IMG/VR virus record: IMGVR_UViG_3300009430_000004
Span: 1 to 64,000 of that record
Reading direction: 5' to 3' (one strand)
DNA: 64,000 nt
In this document: positions 40,346-48,985 of the stretch, one piece after another
Layout: each line of letters starts with the position of its first letter
Position numbering within the stretch: the stretch's first letter is position 1
Notes under the pieces: model-generated
Told to the model about the DNA's origin: nothing
What the model saw: only the letters and a program-made list of their open reading frames with translations
The model's database searches: none
Position numbers and translations under genes: made by a program

Positions 40346-41536
40346 ATGGGATTTCTTGTAAACGAGAAGCAGTTTATTAATGATAATATATTCAAATACG
40401 AAGAGCGTATGAATTCCCAATATTCTCAGTTTCTGGATAAAGCACCAACATACGTATCATATTATCATATAAGTAATATTGAAAGTATAACGGACACTGG
40501 ATTGCTTAATGTGGAACAAATATTGGGTCCAAATTCCCCATTGAAGTATAAGCAGATAAATGACTTCCCTATATATGGTGTTGAACAAGTTCTTCTTGAC
40601 TTGAACGATGAGGAAGAAGGATTGAATACCAGTTTTGAAGGTGAGGCTATAATCCTGCCTAATACTGTCAAACCGTTACCGAACGATTTCTTCACAATAA
40701 GTTACATGGATAGCAACTATCTCTTTATGGTAACACAGATTAGTTATGATACCATCAAGAGTAATAACTATTATAAGATAAATTTTACAATTAAGTCCTT
40801 GGATGGTGATGGGGTAAGTAAGCTTGCATCACAGACTACTGAAAAGTTTACTTGCATTGTGGAGAATATAGGTACACAGGAGAAGTGTATCATAAGAAAT
40901 GATGACTTGAGCTTAATACTCAAGCTTAATACTATCTATAAGAATATAGTGAATAGATACAAAATGTTATTCTTCAATAAAAAATATAACAATTTTATAT
41001 TCGTTACTGAAGATATTAAAATTTATGACAAATATTTATCTCACTTCATGAATACTAACAAAATTCTGAATGAGAAATATGATTATGAAACAGTCTTCCT
41101 AACTAATGAAGACCCAACTAACACATTCCTATATGAGTATGAGACTTCATTGTTTAGGAACATAGAAACTCTGAATAAAAGCAAGCTAAAACATGTTGAT
41201 TATAGTCAAAGACTTATATCCAATCCTCAGTCTTGCTTTAGGTTCTATAGGGACAATGCAGTAAGGAGTGTGTCCTTTTTAAATGGAACAATACCGTATA
41301 TATCCCATGAATTAATTGATAGGATAAAATCGAAGGAGGTATTACAGACAGATGGTATAGTGAACAAAATCCTAATAGACTATTTCAATAAGTCAACGAC
41401 ATCTATTGCTAGTTTAGATCTCACAGCATTAGAGGACTACGACTACATTGATTATAGTTTCGAGAGCTTTGTTCTAATACCTGTAATTCTGTATATCCTG
41501 AGATATTATTACAGTATTTTCATGGCTATTAAATAA
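40346..41536 (+). CDS. Virion structural protein (neck/head-closure-like candidate)
   Basis: Late promoter at 40304-40315; beta-barrel-like N-terminal half (ILPNTVKPLPNDFF). Confidence 0.5.
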   Translation: MGFLVNEKQFINDNIFKYEERMNSQYSQFLDKAPTYVSYYHISNIESITDTGLLNVEQILGPNSPLKYKQINDFPIYGVEQVLLDLNDEEEGLNTSFEGEAIILPNTVKPLPNDFFTISYMDSNYLFMVTQISYDTIKSNNYYKINFTIKSLDGDGVSKLASQTTEKFTCIVENIGTQEKCIIRNDDLSLILKLNTIYKNIVNRYKMLFFNKKYNNFIFVTEDIKIYDKYLSHFMNTNKILNEKYDYETVFLTNEDPTNTFLYEYETSLFRNIETLNKSKLKHVDYSQRLISNPQSCFRFYRDNAVRSVSFLNGTIPYISHELIDRIKSKEVLQTDGIVNKILIDYFNKSTTSIASLDLTALEDYDYIDYSFESFVLIPVILYILRYYYSIFMAIK

Positions 41537-41588
41537 ATTTTTAAAAACAATAAAGTAAATAAAAATTGTTGAAAGGATGTGACCTTTT

Positions 41589-41849
41589 ATGCTTGAAGGG
41601 CTTAAGAAAGACATCGCAAGAGAAAAGAATAGCACATTTGTTTTTGAGGCTATGACTGAAAGTATGTCTGATGATGATATCAAAGATGCTTTTCTGGATG
41701 ATGAAGAGGTACTTGTATTGGGGGCTGAAAATGACCCTGAGATAGCCGAGTTGGCTGATGCTATTCCTGAATATGATGAAGATAATCAGGATATAGATGC
41801 TGAATTGGAGAATCTCCAAGAAAATTTCATTCCAGAATCAAAAATTTAA
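41589..41849 (+). CDS. Small acidic late protein
   Basis: Late promoter at 41546-41557, very D/E-rich, VFE|A and MTE|S sites. Confidence 0.55.
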   Translation: MLEGLKKDIAREKNSTFVFEAMTESMSDDDIKDAFLDDEEVLVLGAENDPEIAELADAIPEYDEDNQDIDAELENLQENFIPESKI

Positions 41850-41867
41850 GGAAGGGAGAATAAGAAC

Positions 41868-42311
41868 ATGAATGCTAAATTAATAAAGATCAAATCAAAT
41901 GGACCAATTTATGCTAAAGGAGGAGTTTACGGACCAATCGAAACTCCTTATGCTGAAGATTTAGGAACAGTCTTCAGAATGTTATCCGCTGGTGTTAAAA
42001 TTGTTGAAGTTTTAGAAGATGGAACTGAAGTGGTTCTTACAGTATCAAACTTCGATAAGAACAACGCACCTAAGAAAGAAGAGAAGGCTCAAGAGCCTGC
42101 AAAGGATCAAACACCTCCTCCTGCTAAACCACCTGCTCAGCAGCAACAGCAACAGCAGCAACAGGTTAAAAATCAGCAGGGGAATCAGAATAATCATGGA
42201 AATAACCACAATCAACAGCAGGGAAAAAATAAAGTTGAAACTACTACAAAAGTAGAAGTTCATACTGAAAAGACTGCTGCACCTGAAGTGGATTCAGTTG
42301 AAACAAAGTAA
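41868..42311 (+). CDS. Protein with small globular N-domain and polyQ/QN-rich tail
   Basis: AQQQQQQQQQVKNQQGNQNNHGNNHNQQQ encoded by mixed CAG/CAA codons. Confidence 0.65.
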   Translation: MNAKLIKIKSNGPIYAKGGVYGPIETPYAEDLGTVFRMLSAGVKIVEVLEDGTEVVLTVSNFDKNNAPKKEEKAQEPAKDQTPPPAKPPAQQQQQQQQQVKNQQGNQNNHGNNHNQQQGKNKVETTTKVEVHTEKTAAPEVDSVETK

Positions 42312-42324
42312 AAAAAAATAAGTT

Positions 42325-42359
42325 CAAGCCTCATAAGTGTTAATCACTTATGAGGCTTG
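42325..42359. terminator. Bidirectional terminator
   Basis: CAAGCCTCATAAGTG-ttaat-CACTTATGAGGCTTG. Confidence 0.9.
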
Positions 42360-43530
42360 TATTTATTTCATACAATAATCATTTGTGGAACTTCTATATA
42401 TTTAATCTACATGTTTTATTTTTTCCCACATTTTATTTATAGGCGTTCTAACAGTGTCGCCTTTATATTTTAGTTTCATAAATTCTCAAAAACCTTATTT
42501 CATCGTAATGATACTTTATTTTTTCTAATCCTTAGTTTAAATTCACATTTAATAGACATCTATATATAACTAATAGATACCTTCATCTAACTTAACTCAC
42601 TTTATAATCTTCAGTAAGTAATTATCTTTGCTCACTTCTGTGAATTAAACCTTCGTAATATTTATGTTTTTACCCATGTTTGTTTTTCACATTGTTTAAT
42701 ATAACAATAGTGCTCTGAAATAATAATTAATAATCTTTCTACAACGAAACTACGAATAATATAAAACAATTAATACTTAACTATTAACAGTTAAACCTTG
42801 TTTAGTAACAACTTTTTGGTGTTTAAAAATTATGTCAATGAACATACGAACGTACGGTATCTAAATAGATTTATTCGTTATCATTGTCATCATCCTCAAC
42901 TCCAATAGTGTCTCCGTCTAATATGATATCATCTCTATCGTCCATAATACTTACTACATACATTCACGTATATAGTAGTCTGCCGATCATAATAAACACT
43001 ATTCTTGTTTACGACTGATTTACATTGTAATAGGTTTAATTATAAACATTCCCACATGTTTTTAATAAAAACTTCTATCGAGGCTCTTGCCTTCTATATT
43101 TTGCGGTTGAGTATATCTCAACTATTTTTTACCCTTTTTTTCAACAAATTTGCGTTTTACGCCCCACGTGACTACGACGACCGCCACGCTTCCAGACACG
43201 ACGTGCAAATATAGAATAGTACATTGCAACATAGAACCTATAATCTACATTACGGAACATAGATTATATTGAACGACCGATTAATACTTCGTATAAACTT
43301 TATGTGGGTGGAAACTACAATATACTACAAGAATATACGTAGCCTACCCTCCTTTCTTTCTAAAATTTGTAGTATTTACCGCTAGTAATGAAAGAAAACA
43401 TATTCGTTTATACATCACCCCCTACACATTTTTTAAACTCCCACAGTCGGTCAAATCTGTGGAATCATGTACAAGGGGATCGCTCACCATCATAAAATGC
43501 CATAAAAATCACCCTCCCTTCAATATATTA

Positions 43531-43540
43531 GTAATATATA
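43531..43540 (-). promoter_or_regulatory. Early promoter TATATATTAC
   Basis: Contains the phiKZ early core TATATTAC, followed by the AAGGGAGGGTGA SD. Confidence 0.65.
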
Positions 43541-43715
43541 AATTAACTAACTACATTAAACAGGGTGGACGTTAACCAGGACATTCCATTTTTATCGCCT
43601 CCTTTGGCTCATTATTAATTGAGGTCGTATGTTCCAACTCCTCAACATTCCTTGATATACCCAATTGGGTTCCAACATCTCGCTCATTACAGTACCAATC
43701 AGGTATATCATAATA

Positions 43716-43725
43716 ATAATATATA
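43716..43725 (-). promoter_or_regulatory. Early promoter TATATATTAT
   Basis: Exact motif, followed by a 15-bp stem-loop. Confidence 0.65.
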
Positions 43726-43756
43726 ATTTAATGGTTTAAAAATACGGAAAAATAAA

Positions 43757-43791
43757 ATATGGTTATATGGAATCAATCCATATAACCATAT
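43757..43791 (-). terminator. Terminator after beta' N gene
   Basis: ATATGGTTATATGGA-atcaa-TCCATATAACCATAT. Confidence 0.88.
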
Positions 43792-43794
43792 CTT

Positions 43795-45381
43795 TTAACT
43801 TGCTTCAAACTTTGTTAGCATATATAAGGTATGAATACCCTCATTTGTTGTTTTTCTCATGTTTTGACCATATATATTAAGTATGTGAGATTTCGCTCTC
43901 ATTATCTTCTCAGCCTCTTGGTTTGCTTGTTGAGAGAATACTGATTTAACAGTAACTTGGTCACCATCATAGTCTCCACCCAATCCAGTTAGGTACAGGT
44001 TTGACATAGTTACAGTGTCAGCGAATGAAACTGATATTTGCTCTTTAGTTGCTTTCAAGTCTACCTTAGGGTAGTTCTTATAAACCCTTCCCCCTACATA
44101 CATTGGAACTGTATCATGTGTACTGAGTACAGTTATTTTGTTAGGGAATGTTCCGAAATAATCGAGCAGAGGATAACGTGTAACGTATACCATTTTATCA
44201 GATGTCACTTCTACTGCCGCCTGATATAATATATCACACCATGTTGCAGCTCTTTGAACTAATGGAGATTCCGTTTCAGGTGCTCCAGGTCTATATTCTT
44301 TACCAATAAAGCTTAGATTTATTTTACCCTCATATTCAGGATCTTCAACAGGAAGCTTGATTTTCTCAAATCTATCAGAATAACTGTAGATGAATCTATC
44401 AACTTGCTTCTTGATATAATCCTCATTAAAGTATAGTCCTGGGTCTTTAAGTTTAACGTACTTAATTTCCCCTTCTTTTGTTCTAATAGGGTATTTATTA
44501 CCCGTTTTTTCTAACTCACGCTGGAAAAATCTCTTAACCCATGAAATAATGAATGGGGTAAACAATGAGCAGCATTGAGCTAATGGAATTCCACAATGGT
44601 AGAAGTCAATATCCATTTCTTCAGGTCTATTAGATTTGAATACTGGTGCTGATATAACAGAACGAGCACCATAGTCAACAGATTTACCCAATAGGGATTT
44701 TCTTATAAGACCTTGTTTCTTTTCAATTTTACCTTTCAACTCATCATATATTTCCACTAATGTCTCTTGGATTTTTGCTCTTGTTGTATTAAGAACGAAA
44801 TCAAAGTTGTTATCGTTCCTTAGAATCGAAGCTAATCTTATCAACTTCGAGTATTTATCATTTATAACATGGTGAGATAATATTCCTTTAGATGCGTTTT
44901 GTAAATTAACGTCTCTATAGAATGCAGGTATTACAATCCATTGTTGACAAAAGATTGTATCCTTATCAAATGCGTCGAGAACGTCTATTCTTTCACTACG
45001 AATCATACTGTTATTCCTCATAAAATTTAGCTTATCCCAATTCTTATATAGGAATTCAAGACCAGTATCACCGTTTTCTTCATCTTCGATTAATTGTCCC
45101 TCTTTGTTAATTACAAATTTTTTCGAGCCATACACTATACTTTCAAAATTACGATTCATTCTCTTTAAAAGCTTGTATACAAATGGTGTTATAAAATGAC
45201 CGTTTAAGCCCATATAAGCGTATGTTTCTCGTCTCTCGTTTACAGACACTCCAAAGATATCCGTTGATAAAAGACCATTAGAGGTAGGAATGTTACCCTT
45301 CTCGAAAATTATTGACTCAGTAACTTCCTTAAGCTTATTTTCCTCTATAAACTTTTTAACAGGAATTAAATCTATCTTCAT
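43795..45381 (-). CDS. Multisubunit RNA polymerase beta' N-terminal half (catalytic), probably virion RNAP
   Basis: GLLSTDIFG, GLIRKSLLGKSVDYGARSVI, VTRYP, and catalytic GGDYDGD. Last gene of a late baseplate operon. Confidence 0.9.
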   Translation of the reverse strand: MKIDLIPVKKFIEENKLKEVTESIIFEKGNIPTSNGLLSTDIFGVSVNERRETYAYMGLNGHFITPFVYKLLKRMNRNFESIVYGSKKFVINKEGQLIEDEENGDTGLEFLYKNWDKLNFMRNNSMIRSERIDVLDAFDKDTIFCQQWIVIPAFYRDVNLQNASKGILSHHVINDKYSKLIRLASILRNDNNFDFVLNTTRAKIQETLVEIYDELKGKIEKKQGLIRKSLLGKSVDYGARSVISAPVFKSNRPEEMDIDFYHCGIPLAQCCSLFTPFIISWVKRFFQRELEKTGNKYPIRTKEGEIKYVKLKDPGLYFNEDYIKKQVDRFIYSYSDRFEKIKLPVEDPEYEGKINLSFIGKEYRPGAPETESPLVQRAATWCDILYQAAVEVTSDKMVYVTRYPLLDYFGTFPNKITVLSTHDTVPMYVGGRVYKNYPKVDLKATKEQISVSFADTVTMSNLYLTGLGGDYDGDQVTVKSVFSQQANQEAEKIMRAKSHILNIYGQNMRKTTNEGIHTLYMLTKFEAS

Positions 45382-45778
45382 AAATGTCCTCCTCTCTACA
45401 GATTTTTTTATTCTCTATAGAGATGTTCAGTTTATTGCTTTCCTTTTCAATTTTGACAGAAAAGTATTTGGAATAGTAGACACTATTTTTATTTTTTGTA
45501 TATTTATCCATAACCTTTCTAAAACTGTCTCTATCCTTATTGTCATCAAATTTTATTATGACAATTAACTGCTTTGTATTCTCAGTGCATTCAATTTTCT
45601 GCACGTCGCCCAAGCATATATCTTCAATAATCAAATAGAAATATTTAAATTTTTCATAATGTAAATTCAGTATATCCTCAAATAAATCACAATCAGCTAA
45701 CTCATTTTCGGTTAGCTGATTGAAAACTGAAATCATATCATTCAACCTCAAAACCCCCTTTTCTACATTTTTTAGCAA
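45356..45778 (-). CDS. Hypothetical protein
   Basis: Operonic; probable start is ATG 45736. Confidence 0.5.
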   Translation of the reverse strand: MLKNVEKGVLRLNDMISVFNQLTENELADCDLFEDILNLHYEKFKYFYLIIEDICLGDVQKIECTENTKQLIVIIKFDDNKDRDSFRKVMDKYTKNKNSVYYSKYFSVKIEKESNKLNISIENKKICREEDIYEDRFNSC

Positions 45779-45794
45779 CAGGATTGGGGTTCCA

Positions 45795-45989
45795 CTACTT
45801 CTTTAAAATCGAGTGTCTAGCTTGATCTCGCTTATGCTTATCAGCTTCTAGCTTCCTTTCCCGTTCTAGCTCTTCTCTCTCTTTATTGAGCCTCTCGACT
45901 CTTGCATCCCTCAATAAGAGGGCTTCCTTATAGCTGAGATTGTGTTTTAGCTCATCTAAAGGAATCTGCCCCTTAAAGAGTTCTAGCAT
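45795..45989 (-). CDS. Small ORF, likely the -1 frameshift extension of the upstream chaperone (T4 gp51 C-terminal-like)
   Basis: No good RBS. Its frame is open upstream to the T6 run at about 46053-46058. Confidence 0.45.
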   Translation of the reverse strand: MLELFKGQIPLDELKHNLSYKEALLLRDARVERLNKEREELERERKLEADKHKRDQARHSILKK

Positions 45990-46015
45990 CTCATCATAGA
46001 ACGAGTATAGCTGTT

Positions 46016-47593
46016 TTACTCGATTGTTGTAGTCATCGCCTGTTGATACTTGTAAAAAAGTATGGATTCGATATCCATAGGTAATGAAACCGTATGTTTT
46101 TTACAGTGTGGGCAAGTTACATTCATAAGACCGAACTCAAAGCTCAGGTCATTTAATAATAAGTCACCCTGTTTAGTAATTACAAGAATATCTGTGTCCT
46201 TTAATGTGTAGATAACCTTAGCAATATCAAGTGCATCGGAAATTTCTACATAAGTTCCTGGTTCATCTGGATCTGGTACATAAATCGTCTTAACAACGGA
46301 TGAAAGTACAGATGCCTGATTATATTTAGGGTCTTTATTTTCAGAAAGACCTTTAATTGATCTGTATATAAAGTCATATGCTGATTGCACATAGCATTCC
46401 GCTAAGTAGCCACTCATTGGAAGTTTAACAGTCTTAACGACATTTACAGCAGAATTTGAGTGTTTCTGTTTTGCTAAATCGTCTGAATGAGAAGCATCAA
46501 TTATTGACACAATCAGATCCTGAAGCTTTTCAGACATCTTTTCAGCTCTGATAAGTGATTTTACTGTATATTCATGGTCGAACTGTTTCTTACAGTCCTT
46601 GTTTTCACACTTTAATGGAATCTTGTCAACATCAGGATATGTTGCACAAAGAATACCATATATGAATACATTATAGTCGACAGCAGCAGTATGTTGAAGG
46701 AAAGTATTGAAATCCATTGTTCCTATACTTGTTGTATCAACCTTGCTGTGTACAAGTGACCATTTAGTTTCTGTATCAAGTAATACATTCTGAGTATCTG
46801 TCATCAATCCCATTAACTCATATGTTGAGCAGCCTCTCATGATAGCTGTGTATCCTGAAGCAGGAAGCACTATAGGAGTTGTATGAATTGATGGCTGTCT
46901 CTTAAGAATCTTATCAAGACTACCCTTCTTAGCTTTCTTTGTCTTGAAAGTTTTAACTTCTATAGTTTCAACTTCTTCGAGTTTTATTTTCTTTACTCTC
47001 TCAAGTTTTTCTCTCTCTTCATCTGTGAAGTTGATGATAGTACCCATTCCTGTTTTGTCGATGATAACTACTGCTTCATCGTACTTCTTTTGGAATTCTT
47101 CTGGGTCATCTCCTTCTTCATCTTCTTCGTCTTCATCTGAATTATTTTGTTGCTGTGCCTTCTTTTCTTCAGCAACTTCCTTAGCTTTTTCTATTTCCTT
47201 ATCCATTTCATTTAGATAAGCATCCACTCCACTTAAAGCATCAGGTGTTAGACCGACAGTTGCCTTTGGAGCTTGTTGTGGTGCAGGGATATCATTCTTG
47301 TTTATTACTACCCCTGGTCCCTCATAGTCCGCTGCACTAGACGCAATATTATTACCATCATTAGGTAAAACTGGTCCTGTTACAGTAGTATCATTTTGAT
47401 GTTGGGTATTAGCATCAGCCGCTGTTACAGCAGCATCACTGTTGCCAGTTATATTAGCTTTTTCCCACCAATTTCCTCCAACAGTTGGAGTTGTCTCTTC
47501 ATCTGATTGATTGTTTGAATTTTGTCCAGTGAGCTCTTTAGCTCCAGCTTGTAAATCTTTCAAGCTCATGTTTTCGTCTCTGTTGATTTCCAT
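46016..47593 (-). CDS. Baseplate-hub/tail assembly chaperone (T4 gp26/gp51-like) with disordered N-terminus
   Basis: C-terminal CENKDC and CPHC motifs; about 150-aa low-complexity N-terminus; follows a gp25-like gene. Confidence 0.5.
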   Translation of the reverse strand: MEINRDENMSLKDLQAGAKELTGQNSNNQSDEETTPTVGGNWWEKANITGNSDAAVTAADANTQHQNDTTVTGPVLPNDGNNIASSAADYEGPGVVINKNDIPAPQQAPKATVGLTPDALSGVDAYLNEMDKEIEKAKEVAEEKKAQQQNNSDEDEEDEEGDDPEEFQKKYDEAVVIIDKTGMGTIINFTDEEREKLERVKKIKLEEVETIEVKTFKTKKAKKGSLDKILKRQPSIHTTPIVLPASGYTAIMRGCSTYELMGLMTDTQNVLLDTETKWSLVHSKVDTTSIGTMDFNTFLQHTAAVDYNVFIYGILCATYPDVDKIPLKCENKDCKKQFDHEYTVKSLIRAEKMSEKLQDLIVSIIDASHSDDLAKQKHSNSAVNVVKTVKLPMSGYLAECYVQSAYDFIYRSIKGLSENKDPKYNQASVLSSVVKTIYVPDPDEPGTYVEISDALDIAKVIYTLKDTDILVITKQGDLLLNDLSFEFGLMNVTCPHCKKHTVSLPMDIESILFYKYQQAMTTTIE

Positions 47594-47604
47594 AATAATA
47601 CCTC

Positions 47605-48033
47605 CTAAATTTTATTGATAATTTCATTCTCAAACTCTACATTGAAGATCATATCTCCCGATTGATCTTTGCTGAATCCATAAATGATTGATTCATTTTT
47701 TCCTTCATCGAGTATAGGTATATTTATTATTAATACACCTTGTCCCTTGTAGTTAGCGACGAATACTTTTACCTCTCCCAACACCAGATATGGGATTAAT
47801 TCAGAACACTGATTGTAGATCTTCTCCTTCAATTCTTCAGGATTTATGTCATTCTCCAATCGGTACATGTATTCCTTTATATTAACCCCTATGTGAGGTA
47901 AGCTGGGCATATTCCCTGGTCGCATCATTAATAGGTTTAATAGAACTTTGGCTACAGATTGTTTACCAGACAATACCTTTTGTTGTTGGAAATTATCTAA
48001 GCCAAAATCGAGTTCTCTTTTAAACTCTTCCAT
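47605..48033 (-). CDS. Baseplate gp25-like protein
   Basis: LLMMRPGNMPSLPHIGVNI resembles the gp25/GPW motif. Start refined to MEEFKRE; TACA-N6-TA promoter near 48064-48075. Confidence 0.6.
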   Translation of the reverse strand: MEEFKRELDFGLDNFQQQKVLSGKQSVAKVLLNLLMMRPGNMPSLPHIGVNIKEYMYRLENDINPEELKEKIYNQCSELIPYLVLGEVKVFVANYKGQGVLIINIPILDEGKNESIIYGFSKDQSGDMIFNVEFENEIINKI

Positions 48034-48143
48034 TACATCACCCCTTTGCATAAGCAAAAATATTATATTTATGTAGCTGGTATATAATAATATTTGAAAT
48101 AAAGCTTTCATGATACAAAAAAAATAAGGATGAATAATCATCC

Positions 48144-48851
48144 CTAATTTTTAGCTGGTTCGGGTATCAATGTATTATTGTATACATCTTTATTATCCAG
48201 CTCAGGTATCTTTGTTGTGTAATACTCTGTAAGTTGCGACCTGGTTAAATTGATATATCTACTCATTTCGATATTATCAGTGATTGACACAACATTGTTG
48301 CATATAACACATACCTACAATGGTAACATTGATATACTGAAAACCATCAGAAGGGCTGTTGAAGCAGCCATTCCCATCATGCTTGAAGTTGTTGTAAATG
48401 TTTTCATTCTGGAACTTAGAAATTCTATGTCTTCGAATGTATCGGCATCCATTATGATTTTCTCAACCCTGGATTCTATGTCATTTATACCCGATATAAC
48501 TGGACCTAAAGCTATATACGCAAATAATATTAAAAATATATATTTTAAACCAGTTGCCAATAATATACCAACCTCTATTGTATATGCTATTACCAGTAAG
48601 GTTTTAATAGTATTATAGTGTGGTAATATAAATTGTTGAAATCTAAGTCGTCTGGTTCTATTTTTGGTCATTATATAATTCCATGATAAGTGTACTAAGT
48701 CTGCTGATAAATGATATACCTGAAATAATATTAGACCTGCAAACACACTATCAAATATTTGTTTTGACCAAGACATGCCTACAAAGGCTACCATAAAGGC
48801 TTGTAGACAACTAAATGTCATTCTTGTTATAAAGTATTTCTTCTTATTCAT
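48144..48851 (-). pseudogene. Multi-pass membrane protein with an internal amber codon at 48315-48317
   Basis: Frame stays open 56 codons past TAG (MLPL*VCVICNNVVSITDNIEMSRY...PEPAKN*), ending at a terminator hairpin at 48125-48146. Early promoter at 48913-48922. Confidence 0.6.
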
Positions 48852-48985
48852 GATTTAATTCCTCCCACAGAATTATTAATATTCGGGTTATCTATATATA
48901 CACCCTACATTTATAATATATAAATACTAATTGTAAATAAACGATACAATTAAATAAGATAAGATAAAAGATAGGAGGCGTTAAT

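Larger units (their letters stand above)
42360..43756 (-). other. ORF-poor, terminator-bounded early transcription unit (ncRNA, mini-ORF array or decayed genes)
   Basis: Two early promoters (43716-43725, 43531-43540) point leftward. No ORF over about 40 aa found on the minus strand. Confidence 0.5.

Noticed and set aside
41589-41849. Ugi-like uracil-DNA glycosylase inhibitor
   Set aside because: Similar size and acidity, but no resemblance to the Ugi sequence, and it has a late promoter and processing-type sites.
43005-43214. Plus-strand 69-aa ORF as a gene
   Set aside because: No RBS, antisense to the early promoters and to the purine skew.
42360-43756. CRISPR array or tRNA cluster
   Set aside because: No regularly spaced direct repeats, and no T-loop GTTCGA or cloverleaf found on either strand.
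22519-45381. Introns or inteins in RNAP, polymerase or terminase genes
   Set aside because: ORFs are continuous, of expected length, with no intein or LAGLIDADG motifs.
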